64,000 nt of DNA from Sulfolobales archaeon (GTDB lineage Archaea > Thermoproteota > Thermoprotei_A > Sulfolobales > NBVN01), in the NCBI GenBank assembly GCA_038832865.1, contig JAWBJE010000004.1, positions 14,217 through 78,216 of the forward strand. Direction: 5' to 3'. The position numbers and the translations under genes are program-made. Positions 61,352-64,000 of this stretch are shown here, in pieces. How positions within the stretch are numbered: position 1 is the first letter of the stretch; the number at the start of each line of letters is the position of its first letter. Below the pieces are notes generated by a model that was not told the DNA's origin, made no database searches, and saw only the letters and a program-made list of their open reading frames with translations.

Positions 61352-63142
61352 ATGGAAGTGAGTAAGGCGTCCGAGTTTTTGATTAGTGATAGAGTCATTA
61401 AGATCGCTGATAGAGTCGTAGCTGTCGGCGGCCCTATCCCGAAGCTCAAGGGTGGAGAAAAGCTAGTGAGATACACAAACTCTATTTGTCCTTACTGTAA
61501 CGCTCTCCTCCCAGCTGTTATTGTCGAGAGAGATGGTAAGTGGTTCATTAGGAAGATCTGTCCCGAGCACGGTGAAGTAGAGGACGTCTATCAGGGGGAT
61601 GCCGAGTACGCTAGAAGGTTGGAGAGGTTCTTTATTGAGGGGAGAGGACCTCGGTACACGTATACCGACCTCACGGCGCCGTGTCCGTACAGCTGCGGGC
61701 TCTGCCCTATACACATGAGTCACACGGCTATAGCTAACTTAGTAGCCACGAATAGGTGTGACTTAGACTGCTGGTTCTGCTTCTTTTACGCAGAAAAAAG
61801 CGGCTTTGTTTACGAGCCGGACTTGAGTCAGATCAAATACATGGTTGAGCAGCTACTTAAGCAGAAGGTAACGCCCGTGATTCAGGTGACTGGCGGTGAG
61901 CCTACGGTAAGGGAGGACCTGCCGGAGATCATAAGCTTACTTAAGAGTATGGGTGTTAAGCACATACAGCTCAACACGCACGCTATAACTTTCGCAAGAC
62001 TGTACGTAGATAAAGGTCCTGAAGCGGCTGCATCATACGCACGCGACTTGAGGACCAGGGGAGTAAATACCGTATACATGAGCTTCGACGGTGTGTCACC
62101 GAGAGCTAACCCCAAGAACCACTGGGAGGCTCCTTACGCCCTAGAGGCCTTTAGAGCTGGCGGTATGACTAGCGTAGTTCTGGTCCCGGTGGTCATAAAG
62201 GATGTGAACACCGACGAGCTGGGAGACATACTGAGGTTCGCCGCTCTAAACCAGGACGTAGTGCGTGGCGTAAACTTCCAGCCCGTATCCCTTACTGGGA
62301 TGATCAGGAGAGCCGAAAGAGAGAAGCTGAGGATAACAATATCGGATGCCGTGAGGCTTATCGAAGAGCAGACCCGTGGTCAGATCAAGAAGGAGGACTG
62401 GTTCCCGGTGCCGGCATCAGTCCCCATATCGGAGTTCATCGAGAGACTAGCCGGGGAGTTCAAGTTCGAGATGGCTAACCATCCGCAGTGCGGTGTAGCT
62501 ACGTACGTCTACACGAGGATTCTAGACAGAGAGAGTGCTGAAGTGGAGTTCATACCTATAACTAGGTTTATCGACGTCTACGGGCTCCTCGACTACCTAG
62601 TGGAGAAATCAGAAGAGCTTAGAGAAGGTGGGTTCAGACCTTTCGTAGGGCTTAAGCTGATAGCCAACATAGTCTCTAAGTACGTCAGGTGGGGTGAAGT
62701 ACCGAGGGAGCTGAGGAGCGCATTACCGAAGATGCTGGCGAACATATTCATTAAGAGGTCTTACGAGGCCCTCGGCGAGTGGCACTACAAGATGCTGTTT
62801 TTAGGTATGATGCACTTCATGGACCTCTACAACTATGACGTCGAGAGAGTAATGAGGTGCAACGTGCACTACCTCATGCCTGACGGAAGGGTCATACCGT
62901 TCTGTACGTTCAACGTCATGAGTGATGTCTATAGGGACTACGTACAGAAGAAGTACGTGCTCCCACTAGAAGAATGGAAGTCCAAGATGGGGAGTAGTTC
63001 ACTAGAGTCGATAAAGTACAGGAGGAGCGCCGAACTCATAAAGAGGCTAACCACCGGAGAACCCTACATCAGAACCTACAGACCGTGGCTACACAGGTGG
63101 GTTGACCTCTACCCATGGATTAAGGAGTACTCCTCGAGCTAG
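61352..63142 (+). CDS. large radical SAM enzyme, tetraether lipid synthase (Tes/GDGT-MAS)-like
   Basis: CDLDCWFC (CxxxCxxC), QVTGGEPT, N-terminal CPYC...CPEHG zinc-ribbon-like and CPYSCGLCPIH Cys cluster. 596 aa. The Tes assignment is from memory of the family layout and has not been searched. Confidence 0.6.
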   Translation: MEVSKASEFLISDRVIKIADRVVAVGGPIPKLKGGEKLVRYTNSICPYCNALLPAVIVERDGKWFIRKICPEHGEVEDVYQGDAEYARRLERFFIEGRGPRYTYTDLTAPCPYSCGLCPIHMSHTAIANLVATNRCDLDCWFCFFYAEKSGFVYEPDLSQIKYMVEQLLKQKVTPVIQVTGGEPTVREDLPEIISLLKSMGVKHIQLNTHAITFARLYVDKGPEAAASYARDLRTRGVNTVYMSFDGVSPRANPKNHWEAPYALEAFRAGGMTSVVLVPVVIKDVNTDELGDILRFAALNQDVVRGVNFQPVSLTGMIRRAEREKLRITISDAVRLIEEQTRGQIKKEDWFPVPASVPISEFIERLAGEFKFEMANHPQCGVATYVYTRILDRESAEVEFIPITRFIDVYGLLDYLVEKSEELREGGFRPFVGLKLIANIVSKYVRWGEVPRELRSALPKMLANIFIKRSYEALGEWHYKMLFLGMMHFMDLYNYDVERVMRCNVHYLMPDGRVIPFCTFNVMSDVYRDYVQKKYVLPLEEWKSKMGSSSLESIKYRRSAELIKRLTTGEPYIRTYRPWLHRWVDLYPWIKEYSSS

Positions 63143-63989
63143 ACCTCTTTTTACTCAGCATGTCTAGCAACTTACTGAGCTCATCGGGGGGCATCCTGAA
63201 GTAGTGTCTTTCCTCGGGGAAGGAGCCGGTTCTCACTTCATCAGCGTAGGACTTGAGGGCGTTCTTGAATATCTCGTACCCTTCGGCATACTTCTTTACG
63301 AAAGGCGGCGGACTCTTGTTCAAGCCTACGAGGTCGTGGAAGACGAGTATCTGACCGTCGCAGTGGGGGCCTGCCCCGATACATATCGTGGGTACCTTGA
63401 GTGATTTAGTAACTTCCGCTGCTACTTCGGATGTAGTAAACTCTATTACCACCGAGAACACTCCGGCCTCCTCGAGAGCCTTAGAGTCTTCGTAAACCCT
63501 TATGCCGTCGTCCGCCGTCTTACCCCTAACTCTCATACCTAAGACTAGGTACCTCTGGGGGTTGAGCCCCACGTGACCCATGACTGGGATACCTGCTTTC
63601 ACCATCGCTTCAACTTTATCTACTATCTCTACACCTCCCTCAACTTTAACGGCGTCGGCCCCCAGCTTGATGTACTTACCAGCGTTTCTAACGGCTTCCT
63701 CGCGGCTTACTTCGTAAGTTAGAAACGGCATGTCAGCGACGACTAGGGCTCTAGGTGATGCTGACACGACTGCTTTAAGGTGGTGGGCGACGTCTTGGAA
63801 GGTAACTGGCAGCGTCGACCTGTAGCCCATGACTACCATCCCGAGGGAGTCCCCGACGAGAATACCATCGACTCCAGCTTCATCGGCTAACTTAGCGTGC
63901 ACGTACTCGTATGCCGTAACCATGACTATCTTCTTTCCCTCTCTCTTCAGCTTTATAAAGTGATGGGGTGTTACTTTGTCTCTAGACAC
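63120..63989 (-). CDS. panB: 3-methyl-2-oxobutanoate hydroxymethyltransferase
   Basis: MVTAYEY...GVDGILVGDSLGMVVMGY, VVADMPF, VKVEGG, GHVGLNPQ. Confidence 0.92.
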   Translation of the reverse strand: MSRDKVTPHHFIKLKREGKKIVMVTAYEYVHAKLADEAGVDGILVGDSLGMVVMGYRSTLPVTFQDVAHHLKAVVSASPRALVVADMPFLTYEVSREEAVRNAGKYIKLGADAVKVEGGVEIVDKVEAMVKAGIPVMGHVGLNPQRYLVLGMRVRGKTADDGIRVYEDSKALEEAGVFSVVIEFTTSEVAAEVTKSLKVPTICIGAGPHCDGQILVFHDLVGLNKSPPPFVKKYAEGYEIFKNALKSYADEVRTGSFPEERHYFRMPPDELSKLLDMLSKKRSSSRSTP

Positions 63990-64000
63990 GCCTACACACC

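Noticed and set aside
1-64000. A search for CRISPR arrays, tRNA or rRNA genes, and toxin-antitoxin or classic defence cassettes.
   Set aside because: I saw no regularly spaced direct repeats, no T-loop/D-loop tRNA signatures in the intergenic regions I read, and no cas, RM or TA-like gene pairs. The visual scan is not exhaustive.

Overview
This is a 64-kb chromosomal segment from a hyperthermophilic crenarchaeon, probably Desulfurococcales-like, at roughly 50% GC. The markers for that assignment are Alba, TFB, Gar1, Cbf5, separate overlapping Kae1 and Bud32 genes, S24e/S27ae, L14e, a form III RuBisCO, and a recurring AAAGCTTATAA-type BRE/TATA promoter motif. Coding density is high and most genes are housekeeping: purB, sufBC, uppS, prs, panB, nadK, deoxyhypusine synthase, peroxiredoxin, XPB helicase, Nob1 and Trm5. 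I found no rRNA, tRNA or CRISPR array.

Main points of interest:
1. A 16-gene minus-strand cluster (45.4-56.8 kb) joins an Mrp-type antiporter module to a hycBCDEFG-ordered group-4 [NiFe]-hydrogenase. A GltD-like NAD(P)-flavoprotein sits where formate or CO dehydrogenase sits in characterised relatives.
2. cbf5 is split by a 20-nt bulge-helix-bulge mini-intron.
3. rbcL is divergently paired with two translationally coupled e2b2 (ribose-1,5-bisphosphate isomerase) paralogs, with prs following on the same strand. The upstream paralog has lost both catalytic residues.
4. A cupin gene is broken by a perfect 25-bp tandem duplication.
5. There is a ~220-nt, ~70% GC block (60.37-60.59 kb), a smaller GC-rich hairpin island (39.05-39.14 kb), and a 1.4-kb ORF-free stretch (12.36-13.80 kb).
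6. A PadR regulator with an extremely His-rich tail lies divergent to a large Tes-like radical SAM enzyme.
7. A TnpB-like gene at the left edge carries an in-frame stop.
8. Two genes (nadK, archaemetzincin) have conserved N-terminal coding sequence with no canonical start codon.

All functional calls come from motif and family recognition by eye. No database search was run.
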